This document shows positions 36,357 to 46,120 of a stretch of 64,000 nt of DNA, piece after piece. The first letter of the stretch is position 1. The number at the start of each line of letters is the position of its first letter. Origin of the DNA: a virus; the IMG/VR virus record IMGVR_UViG_3300050343_000215, positions 32,001 through 96,000 of that record; one strand, written 5' to 3'. The position numbers and the translations under genes are program-made. The notes beneath the pieces were generated by a model. That model saw nothing but the letters and a program-made list of their open reading frames with translations, had not been told where the DNA came from and did not search any database.

Positions 36357-36893
36357 TTATCCTTCCGTCTTGATTTTCACAAAGTTTGCAGCGAAAGCAA
36401 TTCTCTTATCTTTAGTTGGAAATACATTATGATCCACAATTCCTGGAAACAATACCAACATACCATCTTTAGGTTGAATTTGCAATTTGTTTTCAAAAAC
36501 TATAGGAGAACTTTTTTCAGTGATACTGATATAATAAACACAAGAAAAATCTGCAGGATAATGATTATGTTTATATGCACAGTCACCCTCAGAATACTTC
36601 ATTGCCCAAAAATTTTGACACTCATAAAAAGTATGACTATCATTAAAGTAATCTTGATTGGCATCATAGATGACTGCAATAATTTTTTCAATCAAAAAAT
36701 TAAAATCTTTTGTATCTTTCCTGGTATAAAATTCTGTTCTCCATGCATCAACATTAGTTCCTTGCTTCAAACCTTTTGGATTTAATTTCTGATGATCATC
36801 AATGATACGGATAAGTTTTTCGTTTAATGACTGATGATCATCTATAATGGTTGTAAATACTGGAAGTTTTTTTACGACATTATAAGTTTCCAT
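36357..36893 (-). CDS. 2OG-Fe(II) oxygenase-like protein
   Basis: FWAM..KHNH..SCVYY..LVLFPGIVDHNV..RIAFAAN. Confidence 0.8.
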   Translation of the reverse strand: METYNVVKKLPVFTTIIDDHQSLNEKLIRIIDDHQKLNPKGLKQGTNVDAWRTEFYTRKDTKDFNFLIEKIIAVIYDANQDYFNDSHTFYECQNFWAMKYSEGDCAYKHNHYPADFSCVYYISITEKSSPIVFENKLQIQPKDGMLVLFPGIVDHNVFPTKDKRIAFAANFVKIKTEG

Positions 36894-37098
36894 AATATGC
36901 TTCGTAATACTTAACTATACCTGAAGAAATTTTATGCCCTTGTGACACCCAATCATGAGCACAGGCGTATATGGACTCACAGGTGTATTTGGATTTTCGG
37001 GTGGTGTCAAGTTCACCACCATACTTTTCAAGGAGGATACTCAGAACTTCCTGCCTGAGTTTCAACCTGTCCTCACTATAGCGCCAATCTTCGCTCAT
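36880..37098 (-). CDS. Hypothetical protein
   Basis: DWRYSEDRLKLR..CAHDWVSQG. Confidence 0.75.
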   Translation of the reverse strand: MSEDWRYSEDRLKLRQEVLSILLEKYGGELDTTRKSKYTCESIYACAHDWVSQGHKISSGIVKYYEAYYGNL

Positions 37099-37688
37099 GC
37101 CAACACCATTTTTTTTGTGTAGTCAAATGCATATAGTTCACGGTTACCTTTAATACCCCACCCTAACCAGTAGTATGCAGGAACCATATACTGACTCACA
37201 GTTCGTCCACTACCCTCAAACTCAGGAAGATAGCGTTGGAAGGTAGATTCATTAATCATGTAACGAGTTTGACCCTTAAGTGTACTGGGATCACAACCAA
37301 ATTTATCACAGAACCTACCAAGGTTATCATAACGTCCTATTGATGTCCACTGGATGAGACCATAACCGCCACTACGACACTCACTATAAGACACTCTAGC
37401 ACCACCCTCACAAATGTCGGGAGTAAAATTAGATTCTTGTTTGATGTTCCCCATGATTGTAGCAAGGGCATTCTTGTCCTTGATTCTAGTGTTTTCTTGG
37501 AGTTCTTCAAGGACATACTGTTCTTCAGGGGAACATGATGGACACTTCCAGGATGGAAATGACACTACTTCAATAGGTGTAATATTATCACGAAGTCCTG
37601 TGCCCACAATCTTGCTATTGGGCAGTAGGAATGGTGTTGCAGCTACTGCTGTTGCTGCTAACAACACGGAATACATAAGATTTCTCAT
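37095..37688 (-). CDS. Phage tail-lysozyme-like secreted hydrolase
   Basis: Signal peptide; ALATIMGNIKQESNF..GYGLIQWT. Confidence 0.75.
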   Translation of the reverse strand: MRNLMYSVLLAATAVAATPFLLPNSKIVGTGLRDNITPIEVVSFPSWKCPSCSPEEQYVLEELQENTRIKDKNALATIMGNIKQESNFTPDICEGGARVSYSECRSGGYGLIQWTSIGRYDNLGRFCDKFGCDPSTLKGQTRYMINESTFQRYLPEFEGSGRTVSQYMVPAYYWLGWGIKGNRELYAFDYTKKMVLA

Positions 37689-37774
37689 CAGTGTTCATAC
37701 CAACATACCATGTATATAGAGAGTTGTCAACCCTAAAATAAATACCTATAATACAGAGGCACTAAGGTCTTACC

Positions 37775-37933
37775 ATGAGATTAAACGAAGTAGACGTGGC
37801 ACGTCTGATTACTGCTTGCAACATGTACAAAGAAAAAACTGGTTCTGAATATATGTGGGACGAGTATACTGAACTTGTAGAAAAATTAGAAAGATTATGC
37901 GAACAAGGATACTGTTCAATCACTAGTGATTGA
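37775..37933 (+). CDS. Hypothetical protein
   Basis: Manual 52 aa MRLNEVDVARLITAC..EYMWDEY; ATAAATA upstream. Confidence 0.65.
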   Translation: MRLNEVDVARLITACNMYKEKTGSEYMWDEYTELVEKLERLCEQGYCSITSD

Positions 37934-38005
37934 GTGTGTAAGTCCAAACAAAAACAATATTCACACAAAATTAAATACCTAGATAATGTAGTTGCACACA
38001 AGTTT

Positions 38006-38329
38006 GTGAAAGTCTTAATTACATTTTTTATTGCCCTATTTTTTGCTGCTCCTGCATGGGCAGTAGATGTATCAATGGGTGCTAATGGCAACCTAGCATT
38101 CTCACCGAATGAGATCACAATCTCTGCAGGTGATACGGTTCATTTTATCAATGAATCACTACCTCCTCATAATATTATTGTTGAGGCACGTCCAGATCTT
38201 TCTAGAGAAGCATTACTGTTTGCTCCAGGAGAATCACAAGACGTTGTATTTGCTGACAAAGGGGACTATAATTTCTTCTGTGGTCCTCATCAGGGCGCAG
38301 GTATGACTGGCGTAGTTCATGTTGAGTAA
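38006..38329 (+). CDS. petE: Plastocyanin
   Basis: Signal peptide; PPHN..FFCGPHQGAGM copper ligands; probable GTG start. Confidence 0.92.
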   Translation: MKVLITFFIALFFAAPAWAVDVSMGANGNLAFSPNEITISAGDTVHFINESLPPHNIIVEARPDLSREALLFAPGESQDVVFADKGDYNFFCGPHQGAGMTGVVHVE

Positions 38330-38597
38330 GGATTACATAACAAAAGAAGAATGCCAGGAGATGATTGATGATGCCATACGAAAACATAATCGTAATGCTG
38401 GAATTATCTCTATGTGTGTTGGTTGGGTTGTTCTCGCACTTTTTGCTGAGGGTCTTCTTAGACTCATTGGAGTAATTCCTCCACTATTACCATGGTTAAA
38501 GATTAACACTATGATGAGCGGACTATTTGTATTTGCATTTATTACACTAATGGTAATTACCATGGTCAAGATAACATGGTCAATGAATTGGGTGTGA
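38319..38597 (+). CDS. Membrane protein
   Basis: VGWVVLALFAEGLLRLIGVIPP. Confidence 0.65.
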   Translation: MLSKDYITKEECQEMIDDAIRKHNRNAGIISMCVGWVVLALFAEGLLRLIGVIPPLLPWLKINTMMSGLFVFAFITLMVITMVKITWSMNWV

Positions 38598-38622
38598 TTG
38601 TAAAAAATAAAGGAAAATTAAA

Positions 38623-39090
38623 ATGAAAGTAGGAATGATTGGTTTGGGTCGTACTGGTGAAGGTATGTCTCGCCGTATGATCGAAAAAGGAATTGAAGTT
38701 TGGGGTTACAGTAGTACTAACTATGAGAATGCCTGTGGACAGTATGAAGCAGGACATATCAGTGGATGTGTAACCTCAATAGAGTATCTTGTTCAGGCAG
38801 TTAAATCTGATGCTAAGAAGTTTACTAGTGCTGGTAGGATTCCTGGCATCTTTCAGATTACATGTCCCGAGCAAAAAGCAGAAGACACACTTGATGAGTT
38901 GCTGCCATTACTTGAAGAGGGTGATATTGTTATTGATTACAGCACCAATGACATCTCAAAATGTCAGGAACTGGAACTGTATTGTTCCAAGTTAGGTATC
39001 TCATATATCTTCTCTGGAGTATATGGAGCAACCCATGCTGTAAATGCATGTTCTAAAATTTTCCAATCGCTATCACCAGGTGTTATCTAA
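38623..39090 (+). CDS. gnd: Truncated 6-phosphogluconate dehydrogenase-like protein (NAD-binding domain only)
   Basis: KVGMIGLGRTGEGMSRRM..EGDIVID; only 155 aa. Confidence 0.7.
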   Translation: MKVGMIGLGRTGEGMSRRMIEKGIEVWGYSSTNYENACGQYEAGHISGCVTSIEYLVQAVKSDAKKFTSAGRIPGIFQITCPEQKAEDTLDELLPLLEEGDIVIDYSTNDISKCQELELYCSKLGISYIFSGVYGATHAVNACSKIFQSLSPGVI

Positions 39091-39731
39091 TGCCACACGA
39101 ATTTGATCCATGCGAAGCACCTGTAGAAGGTGAAGTTGATAAGTGGGGGTTTACTATCAAACCCTCTATCAGTGATGATGAATTAATTCTTATGATGTTT
39201 AAAAAATGCTCCTGTGGAAGTGATAGAAAAGCAAGCAATTGAAGTTAATTAAAATCTACGAGGATAAAATCAATGACGTTAGCTACATGTCCTACTTTTC
39301 GGATCACTACCCTTTGTATGTGCCACCATTTATTTCGGGCTACGAAAAGGTGAAAATAACTATTATGAAACCGACGCCTACTCAGGAAATGGAACAGCGC
39401 ATTAGAATGAGATTTGCGTTTGCCATGTCATCATTCGGTAGAATGTTTCGACCAGATGGTATTACACCATTGAGATGAGAGATCTTTGTAATGAATGGTC
39501 TCAAATTGAAGAGCAACCACCTCAAGGTGATTTGTATCAAGTCGATCGGTATTTTCTAGAACTTTGGAAAAAAAGAAATGAAAAATTAAAAAATTAAAGG
39601 AGGAAAACCTTAAATTGAAATTAGAAAATATAAAATTGCGTATCAAAATTCAAGGATTATCATATAATGACTGGATTCACCCAAGATCTTGTTTACACAA
39701 TGATGATCCATGGGATCATTTAGCAGGTTAA
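39090..39731 (+). pseudogene. Three small ORFs broken by single-base indels (probably sequencing error)
   Basis: Protein-like frames switch at about 39195-39240, 39310, 39470 and 39585. Confidence 0.5.
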
Positions 39732-39859
39732 AATGAATCACATTATCTTTCTTAGTTTAATTTTATTTTCCAGCATAGTAATAAGTATATCATTAAGTTT
39801 AAACTATGCATATCAAGCACCTACTCACATAATCTAAATATCACACAAGTAATTATCAC

Positions 39860-40510
39860 ATGAAAATTTTTCTAGACACAGCTGATCTGAACGAAATTAA
39901 AAAAGCAACACGCACTGGATTAGTTGATGGTGTTACAACTAATCCCACATTAATTAAACGAAGTGGTAGAACTCTTATTGACGTTGCTAAGGAATTAATT
40001 GCCGACTATCCTCAATTTGAAAGTGTGTCCTGTGAGGTAGTTGCCGAGACCGCTGAAGAAATGATTGAACAAGCTCAACAGTTTATTCAGTTAGCCAATA
40101 AAGCAATCACTATCAAACTACCATGTACTGTAGAAGGTTTGATTGCATGTAAAGCACTCTCTGTTCTTGGTGTTAAAACCAATGTGACTCTTGTGTTCTC
40201 TGTGGCACAAGCAATCATGGCAGCAAAGTCAGGTGCTACTTATATCTCACCTTTCGTAGGTCGCTGCAATGATAACTCATTCAGTGGTGTAGAACTTGTT
40301 CGTGCTATCAGTGGAACTTATTGTTCTCAAGGTGTAAGAACTCAAATTCTTGCAGCGTCATTGAGAGATGTTCATCATGTATCACGGTGTTTTGCTTATG
40401 GTGCCAGCGTTATTACAATGCCACCTAAAGTATTTTGGGCGATGTACGATCATGTACTTACCCGTGAAGGATTAGATCAATTTCAAAAAGATTGGGAAGA
40501 CGTGCAATGA
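39860..40510 (+). CDS. talC: Transaldolase
   Basis: FLDTAD..GVTTNP..IKLP..YISPFVGR..ILAASLR; CTAAATA upstream. Confidence 0.95.
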   Translation: MKIFLDTADLNEIKKATRTGLVDGVTTNPTLIKRSGRTLIDVAKELIADYPQFESVSCEVVAETAEEMIEQAQQFIQLANKAITIKLPCTVEGLIACKALSVLGVKTNVTLVFSVAQAIMAAKSGATYISPFVGRCNDNSFSGVELVRAISGTYCSQGVRTQILAASLRDVHHVSRCFAYGASVITMPPKVFWAMYDHVLTREGLDQFQKDWEDVQ

Positions 40511-40662
40511 TGCTACAGTTTGCTAGATTTTGTGGAACTGTATTAAACAACCCTTGGGGATGTGGACTACTGGCATGGTGCCTGGTCTTCGTCCCCATTA
40601 TTGGTATGTGGGCAGTTCATAAATACAGTTGGCAGCACTGGGAACCTTTCCATAAAAAATAA
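40507..40662 (+). CDS. Small membrane protein
   Basis: Manual 51 aa ..VPIIGMWAVHKYSWQHWEPF. Confidence 0.65.
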   Translation: MMLQFARFCGTVLNNPWGCGLLAWCLVFVPIIGMWAVHKYSWQHWEPFHKK

Positions 40663-40664
40663 GC

Positions 40665-40850
40665 ATGGAAGCCGATTACACCGTCAATTTAAGAATAGAA
40701 GATATACGTCTATTACATCACTGTGTAATAAAAAGACTAGAAATGTGGGAAGGATCACCTGCTCGTCCAGCAGAAGAACAAGAACATTTATGGTATATGA
40801 GAAATTCTCTTTACCGAATGATTTTAGACTATCAATTTAATGAATCATGA
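40665..40850 (+). CDS. Hypothetical protein
   Basis: WEGSPARPAEEQEHLW. Confidence 0.7.
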   Translation: MEADYTVNLRIEDIRLLHHCVIKRLEMWEGSPARPAEEQEHLWYMRNSLYRMILDYQFNES

Positions 40851-41184
40851 ATCCAGTAATTTTAATCGGTTGCTTCACCCCACTGGGTATTATCTACATA
40901 GTAATGAAACTTGCTGTTTGGGCATCTGCTGTAAATGCCGAAAACTCGGATTATGTTCGGACGAGAACCTCTACGAAAACGAGGACCCTTCGTGGAAAAT
41001 CCGTATGAGGATGTTGACGAAGAGGAAGAGGAATTTACAGATCGCACAGACTATAGATAATGCACTCCACCAATACTATGTTGTGGAGCAAGGAAAACCT
41101 GTTCCCAATTGGAGATATGTAAAAGATCAAGATTGGTGGATAGAATATTTAAAAGATTTAGGAATTGATCCGAGGAACCCATGA
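40847..41184 (+). CDS. One or two small genes with apparent indels
   Basis: MNPVILIGCFTPLG.. frame breaks near 40955 and 40995; distal frame ..PNWRYVKDQDWW. Confidence 0.5.
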
Positions 41185-41351
41185 ATTTTGAATTAGATAT
41201 GGAGGATTATGCAATTATCCTCAACGCATTACACTACTATAAGAAAGTTGAGAAACGAGGAAACTTCAAACAGTATAATGAAGACCGTATTAATATGTTA
41301 AGAGATAAGATGGCTTATCAACTAGTTCCCAGTGCAGATAGTATGAGATGA
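41181..41351 (+). CDS. Hypothetical protein
   Basis: Manual 56 aa MNFELDMEDYAIILNALHYYKK.. Confidence 0.65.
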   Translation: MNFELDMEDYAIILNALHYYKKVEKRGNFKQYNEDRINMLRDKMAYQLVPSADSMR

Positions 41352-41545
41352 ATTTATTATTAAGACCTCTAGATAATGCTAACGACCCTGTGTGGTCTGT
41401 AATTATTTGTGTGATACTTGCTGTTGCAGGAGCATTGTTTGTCGTTGTATACATATTACGACAAGCATTTGCAGAGTTAGAAAATGGGAGCAATGACACC
41501 CCCCAGCAGGAAGAGCTGCTACAACTTCCGAGTGATAAAGGTTAA
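41348..41545 (+). CDS. Small membrane protein
   Basis: DPVWSVII.. one TM. Confidence 0.65.
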   Translation: MNLLLRPLDNANDPVWSVIICVILAVAGALFVVVYILRQAFAELENGSNDTPQQEELLQLPSDKG

Positions 41546-41945
41546 TCGTGTTGTTGACGGCGATACTATTGATGTCACCATTGATCTTGGGTTTGACTTA
41601 TACAAGAAAGAAAGAGTTAGAGTTGCAGGCGTTGATACGCCAGAGAAAAGAACGAGAAATTTAGAGGAGAAAGCACTTGGAATTGACGCAACAAATTGGA
41701 TTAAAGAGCATCTTAACTCAGCAATTGCTGGAGAAGAAGATCTTGTTATCAGAACTGAGCTTGTTGGTGGAGTGGGCAAATACGGCAGACTCCTTGGATG
41801 GCTTTACATCGGAGATGCTGAACTGTCAGTCAACGAGCAAATGATTGCAGAAGGATATGCTCACCCATATGATGGTGGCACTAAGAATATGGATCTTGAA
41901 GCACTAAGAAAAATTCGTAGATCACACGGAACATTAGTAGAGTAA
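41484..41945 (+). CDS. Staphylococcal-nuclease-like endonuclease
   Basis: RVVDGDTID..RVRVAGVDTPE..GKYGRLLG. Confidence 0.9.
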   Translation: MGAMTPPSRKSCYNFRVIKVNRVVDGDTIDVTIDLGFDLYKKERVRVAGVDTPEKRTRNLEEKALGIDATNWIKEHLNSAIAGEEDLVIRTELVGGVGKYGRLLGWLYIGDAELSVNEQMIAEGYAHPYDGGTKNMDLEALRKIRRSHGTLVE

Positions 41946-42023
41946 TTGTCTACCATGATACAGTTTTAGCATTTCAAAAAAACCTTATGCTAAATAAATA
42001 TACATACCGCTTTGGTAAATCAT

Positions 42024-42518
42024 ATGAAAAGGTTTTTACCCTTCATAATGTTACTGATGACAGCACCAGCAGCGAATGCAGGTGCCCTTACTCATAAGTT
42101 ATCTTCTAGTGTTCAGTTAACCGTTGATGCTGCTGCTACTAATGTCACAAGACTTGGTAGTAACTTCTCAATTTCAGGTAGCGGTGTAGATACTACTGAC
42201 GGAACAACAGTTAATACAATTTCTACTGGTGCAATTACCAGTGGAATTTATGCCCCAGGCACAATTGCTGCTACTCAAGATAATCCTGGTAGTGCTTTTA
42301 GTTTCTCTCAGTCTTATACACAGGCAGATGCAATCCCAACCAGTGCAGTCACTGTTGGTGATGTAGCAAACTTTGGCAATATTACATCTACAACTGCAGG
42401 ATCTGCTGGTTCTCTAGCTGGTACTCTTAGTACTGCTGGTGCTATTACTTTGACAGCTGGTGGAGCTGGTACAAATGCTACAGGTCAGTTCGTAAGTGAA
42501 CTCACAATTCTACACTAA
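42024..42518 (+). CDS. Secreted/virion structural protein
   Basis: Signal peptide, S/T/G-rich; late promoter upstream. Confidence 0.7.
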   Translation: MKRFLPFIMLLMTAPAANAGALTHKLSSSVQLTVDAAATNVTRLGSNFSISGSGVDTTDGTTVNTISTGAITSGIYAPGTIAATQDNPGSAFSFSQSYTQADAIPTSAVTVGDVANFGNITSTTAGSAGSLAGTLSTAGAITLTAGGAGTNATGQFVSELTILH

Positions 42519-42538
42519 ATAAATGGAGGTCAATCAAA

Positions 42539-43015
42539 ATGACTTCTCCAAAGACTATTACGATTCTTTGGTATGTCCTGAGTGCGGTGGGTGCAAGTGT
42601 CATACTTGCTCCTGCCCAGGCGGTCCCTGTAGTCCCAAACTTCAGCCAGGGCTCAATGACGAGCCACACAGAGACAACATCAAAGGTGACTGAAACGATT
42701 AACTCTATAGACTATGCAACCGGATGGCAATATTCAGTATCGGGAACAAATGTGACCAATGGGGGGCAATCCCTCAGTCCGAACCCAACAACAAACTCAG
42801 TGATAGTGAATCCATTAGGAGGAACAGAGGGGCAAGTAACAAGTGCCAACTCTGGTCTAGATTTAAATGGACAGAGTTTCACAATCGCAGAACCAGGAGC
42901 AGCATTCCAGTTCACTCAGACCTACATGGGACCGGGTGTAACAAATCAAACTGTGATTCAAAGAACCACAGAGGTTACAAGCATCACAGATACCACAAGT
43001 ATCTTTACCCAGTAA
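42539..43015 (+). CDS. Secreted/virion structural protein
   Basis: AVPVVPNFSQGSMTSHTET. Confidence 0.7.
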   Translation: MTSPKTITILWYVLSAVGASVILAPAQAVPVVPNFSQGSMTSHTETTSKVTETINSIDYATGWQYSVSGTNVTNGGQSLSPNPTTNSVIVNPLGGTEGQVTSANSGLDLNGQSFTIAEPGAAFQFTQTYMGPGVTNQTVIQRTTEVTSITDTTSIFTQ

Positions 43016-44002
43016 TATCACTTCTTATCGCCTCCCCTGTCAGTGCTGCTGATGTAGGGGGTGTAAGTGCAACAGCAAATCCAATAGCTAATAGTTCAGG
43101 CTCAGTTACGAACCAAGCTATTCAGGTATTACAAGGACCATATATTACTAACCAATATGGTGGTGGTATTGCATGTCAAGGACCGACTGCTAATATCACA
43201 CCATTCATTACTCATGCTCGTAGTCAGAAGGATCCATTTGAACAATACTATATGGAACCTCAGTATGACAACAGAGATTTTAACGGTCAGATGGTAGAAA
43301 CTCAGAAAGTAGTAAAGAACTTTCCTTGGGAACCACATTATGATAATAGAACATATACAAACTCAGAAGGTGAGGGAAGTTCGTGCCTATGAAGATGGTG
43401 CAGACATGACTATCACCGTTATGGAAATGATGGGTGATGGTGTGCCCGATAATCCAGGGTCAGAATTGTGGAAAAAACCAGTAAGGACTGGTGATGCAAT
43501 TAATAACAGTACAAGTCTTGGTTTATCTGCAACACTTTCTTTCCCACTTGATGGTGGAATGCAAGAGCGTTGTAAGACAGCAGCAGATACTCAGATTGCT
43601 TTACAAGGTCAGATGCTTGCTAATAAAAGATTAGACTTTGAGATCGCTAGACTTAAGAATTGTGGTGAACTAATGCAGAGGGGAATCAGTTTCCACCCCA
43701 GAAGTCCTTACTATAAAATATGTGCAGACATTGTAGTTAATAATGTTACTGGTGTTAAGCAACATCGTCACTCTATCCCTTCGGTTTCAGTGCCGACCGT
43801 AGGATCTTTATCGCCCGGTTCCGATCCCGTTGCTCCGCCCTCTTCTGCGACACAGACAGTACCGGGGGAGTCTTACCCCGTAAGGCAGCAATCTTCTTTA
43901 TCACCTTCTTCACAGTCGGTTTCACAACCTTTAACAAAAGATCAGCAAGAGGCTTTGCAAGCAGTGCAGAGGTCGTCGCGACTACAGCAATTGAGGCGGT
44001 AA
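42950..44002 (+). CDS. Structural protein split by an apparent +1 G at about 43375 (start approximate)
   Basis: ..GGVSATANP..NSEGE | EVRAYEDG..RLDFEIARLKNCGEL. Confidence 0.6.
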
Positions 44003-44579
44003 CAGTTATCATACCTGCTGATGGTATGTTCTGTATAATCTGATCAGGTATATTTAAATTTTCAAATACGGGGAGACATTCTTTTCCTACTGTCTCATAC
44101 CCAGTAATCTTCTTATTGCCCTCTAGGATCTTTCCTACAGGGTTTTTTAATTCTTGTGCTCTACTAGGACACTCTGCTATTGCAGCATCAGTTCTAGGTG
44201 GTGCTGGTGCAGCAGGAGTCTCTGGTGTTTCTGGAGTGTTTGGGATGACTGGTAGAGGTGGAGAAGACTCTGTTGTTATCTTTAACCTACGGGGATCATA
44301 ATCTATTGGATTGAAACTAGGTGTTCCTGCATCACAAAATACTCGGACTCCATCACTATCCTCTTCTTTGAGTGTTTGATTCTCACTACTATCTCTATGC
44401 GACTCAACACATCCAGGTATATTAACAATAGGAACACCCACCTGTGTAGTCACGGGTGGGTAAACTGGTAGTGCCTGCGGAGGATTACTCATCCAATCAG
44501 GCATTACATTAATATTTAAATCACGAATATTACCGATACTAATATCATTATTCGGAATATTAATATTAGGTATGTCCAT
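43773..44579 (-). CDS. Hypothetical Pro-rich membrane-anchored protein
   Basis: PIVNIPGCVESH..C-terminal TM and basic tail. Confidence 0.75.
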   Translation of the reverse strand: MDIPNINIPNNDISIGNIRDLNINVMPDWMSNPPQALPVYPPVTTQVGVPIVNIPGCVESHRDSSENQTLKEEDSDGVRVFCDAGTPSFNPIDYDPRRLKITTESSPPLPVIPNTPETPETPAAPAPPRTDAAIAECPSRAQELKNPVGKILEGNKKITGYETVGKECLPVFENLNIPDQIIQNIPSAGMITVTASIAVVATTSALLAKPLADLLLKVVKPTVKKVIKKIAALRGKTPPVLSVSQKRAEQRDRNRAIKILRSALKPKG

Positions 44580-45214
44580 CAGCAATCATTAAACACACTG
44601 CCCACTGTAGAACCAAGTGATGATCCTGCTTTCTGTCCTAGTAACAATGCCCAACCACCTGCTAGCCATCCAACGTATGGGATACCCATTACAGCAGGAA
44701 CAGCAACACCAGCAGCGATAGCACTACCTGCCATGGCACCTTGACTTCGTGCTCCAGCGTCCGCCACTAAACACTCTGCGCTTACACCCCCGGTCTTTCC
44801 CAGTTCTCCTATGTCACCTCCTCCCATGTTACGGGTGCCTTCCATAGTGAATTGATCACTACGATACTCACGACGGTTCTCATATTTCTTGCCGCCAAAG
44901 AAACCACTTTGATTTTTTTGAAGTTCTAGGGATTTCTCCGACTGTAGAATTTTAGGATCGTTTGCACGATACTCAATTTCATATCCATCCTTACCTGCTT
45001 TAATAGTATAGGATGAATAATCTCCACGAGGGATATTAATTGTAGGAACCTGAGGAACTTTTGGTTCTTCTGGTCTATGAATTACATAACCTAACAAACC
45101 AATATGTGCCAGAGCAAAGAGTCCACCTAATGTCAGTGCAATACCTTTAACAGGAGACTTACGTGGTGCTTTCTCAGTAGAATATTTTTGTGCTAACTCT
45201 TCTGGATTTGTCAT
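44579..45214 (-). CDS. Hypothetical protein (glycine-zipper C-terminus)
   Basis: GAMAGSAIAAG..GWLAGGW. Confidence 0.75.
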   Translation of the reverse strand: MTNPEELAQKYSTEKAPRKSPVKGIALTLGGLFALAHIGLLGYVIHRPEEPKVPQVPTINIPRGDYSSYTIKAGKDGYEIEYRANDPKILQSEKSLELQKNQSGFFGGKKYENRREYRSDQFTMEGTRNMGGGDIGELGKTGGVSAECLVADAGARSQGAMAGSAIAAGVAVPAVMGIPYVGWLAGGWALLLGQKAGSSLGSTVGSVFNDC

Positions 45215-45471
45215 GGCAATCTAATCCCCGGACCAGTTGTAGATGGTGAGGAAGGAATAGCACCACCAGTAACACTAGGAAGTTCTGGCATCGCTGCATC
45301 CATCATTCCAGGAAGTTGTCCTGCAATTGCTTCTGCTGCTGCACCAGCAACTTGAGATTTGATATTCTCAACAATAGAATCTCTGTTGAGATACACTGCA
45401 GTACCTCCTCCAACAATACCAGCAGTTCCTACAAATGATAGTACTGCCAAAACATTAATTACTTTTTGCAT
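45211..45471 (-). CDS. Hypothetical protein
   Basis: MQKVINVLAVLSF.. Confidence 0.7.
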   Translation of the reverse strand: MQKVINVLAVLSFVGTAGIVGGGTAVYLNRDSIVENIKSQVAGAAAEAIAGQLPGMMDAAMPELPSVTGGAIPSSPSTTGPGIRLP

Positions 45472-45482
45472 TTTATTCTCCG

Positions 45483-45908
45483 TTACATTTTGTATGAGTC
45501 GTCAGTAGAAATTTTGATTGGTCCCTGCTCAATACGAATAGTCTGTGAAGGTGCAGTCTGTGCTGCTTTTTCAATCAATCTTTCCATCTGCTCTTTGGTG
45601 ATACTGCCACCACCATTACCACCACCACCTTCTCCTGCTTTCTTTGCAGCCTGGACACCAAAAGTAGCTAAAACTCCGGTGAAGACGCTGGCAATAAAAG
45701 TGGGATCTAGTTTTTGTTCAGGAATTCCAAGTGCTGGTGGAAGTTTGATGTATGCCAGCGTGAGTATTCCGCCAGACCAAACAAGGATGCCGAGCCTAAC
45801 AAAAGTAGACAAAATAGCAAGTTGTTCTTCTTTATCATCTGCTGCCTCCTTAATCTTACCGAGAAGACCTTTCTTCTTAGGTTCTACTTTCTTTACTTCT
45901 TCTGACAT
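45483..45908 (-). CDS. Two-TM membrane protein
   Basis: LVWSGGILTLAY..DPTFIASVFTGVLATFGV. Confidence 0.75.
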   Translation of the reverse strand: MSEEVKKVEPKKKGLLGKIKEAADDKEEQLAILSTFVRLGILVWSGGILTLAYIKLPPALGIPEQKLDPTFIASVFTGVLATFGVQAAKKAGEGGGGNGGGSITKEQMERLIEKAAQTAPSQTIRIEQGPIKISTDDSYKM

Positions 45909-45928
45909 CCATGAACAGCAAGGCTCTT

Positions 45929-46120
45929 TTATTTATCTAAAAGATACTGTTTTTCATTTTGGTATATATGACGCTGACCTGTCTTAAGTTCCCATGCATA
46001 TACTAGGTCAGGAATTAACCACTGATCCACCCTAATACATTGCTGCCAGTTAGCAGGGTGAGCACAACTCACTACTACAACAGCAAAGAATGCCTTAACG
46101 TGGATCCAGATGGTAAACAT
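45929..46120 (-). CDS. Hypothetical protein
   Basis: 63-aa ORF. Confidence 0.6.
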   Translation of the reverse strand: MFTIWIHVKAFFAVVVVSCAHPANWQQCIRVDQWLIPDLVYAWELKTGQRHIYQNEKQYLLDK

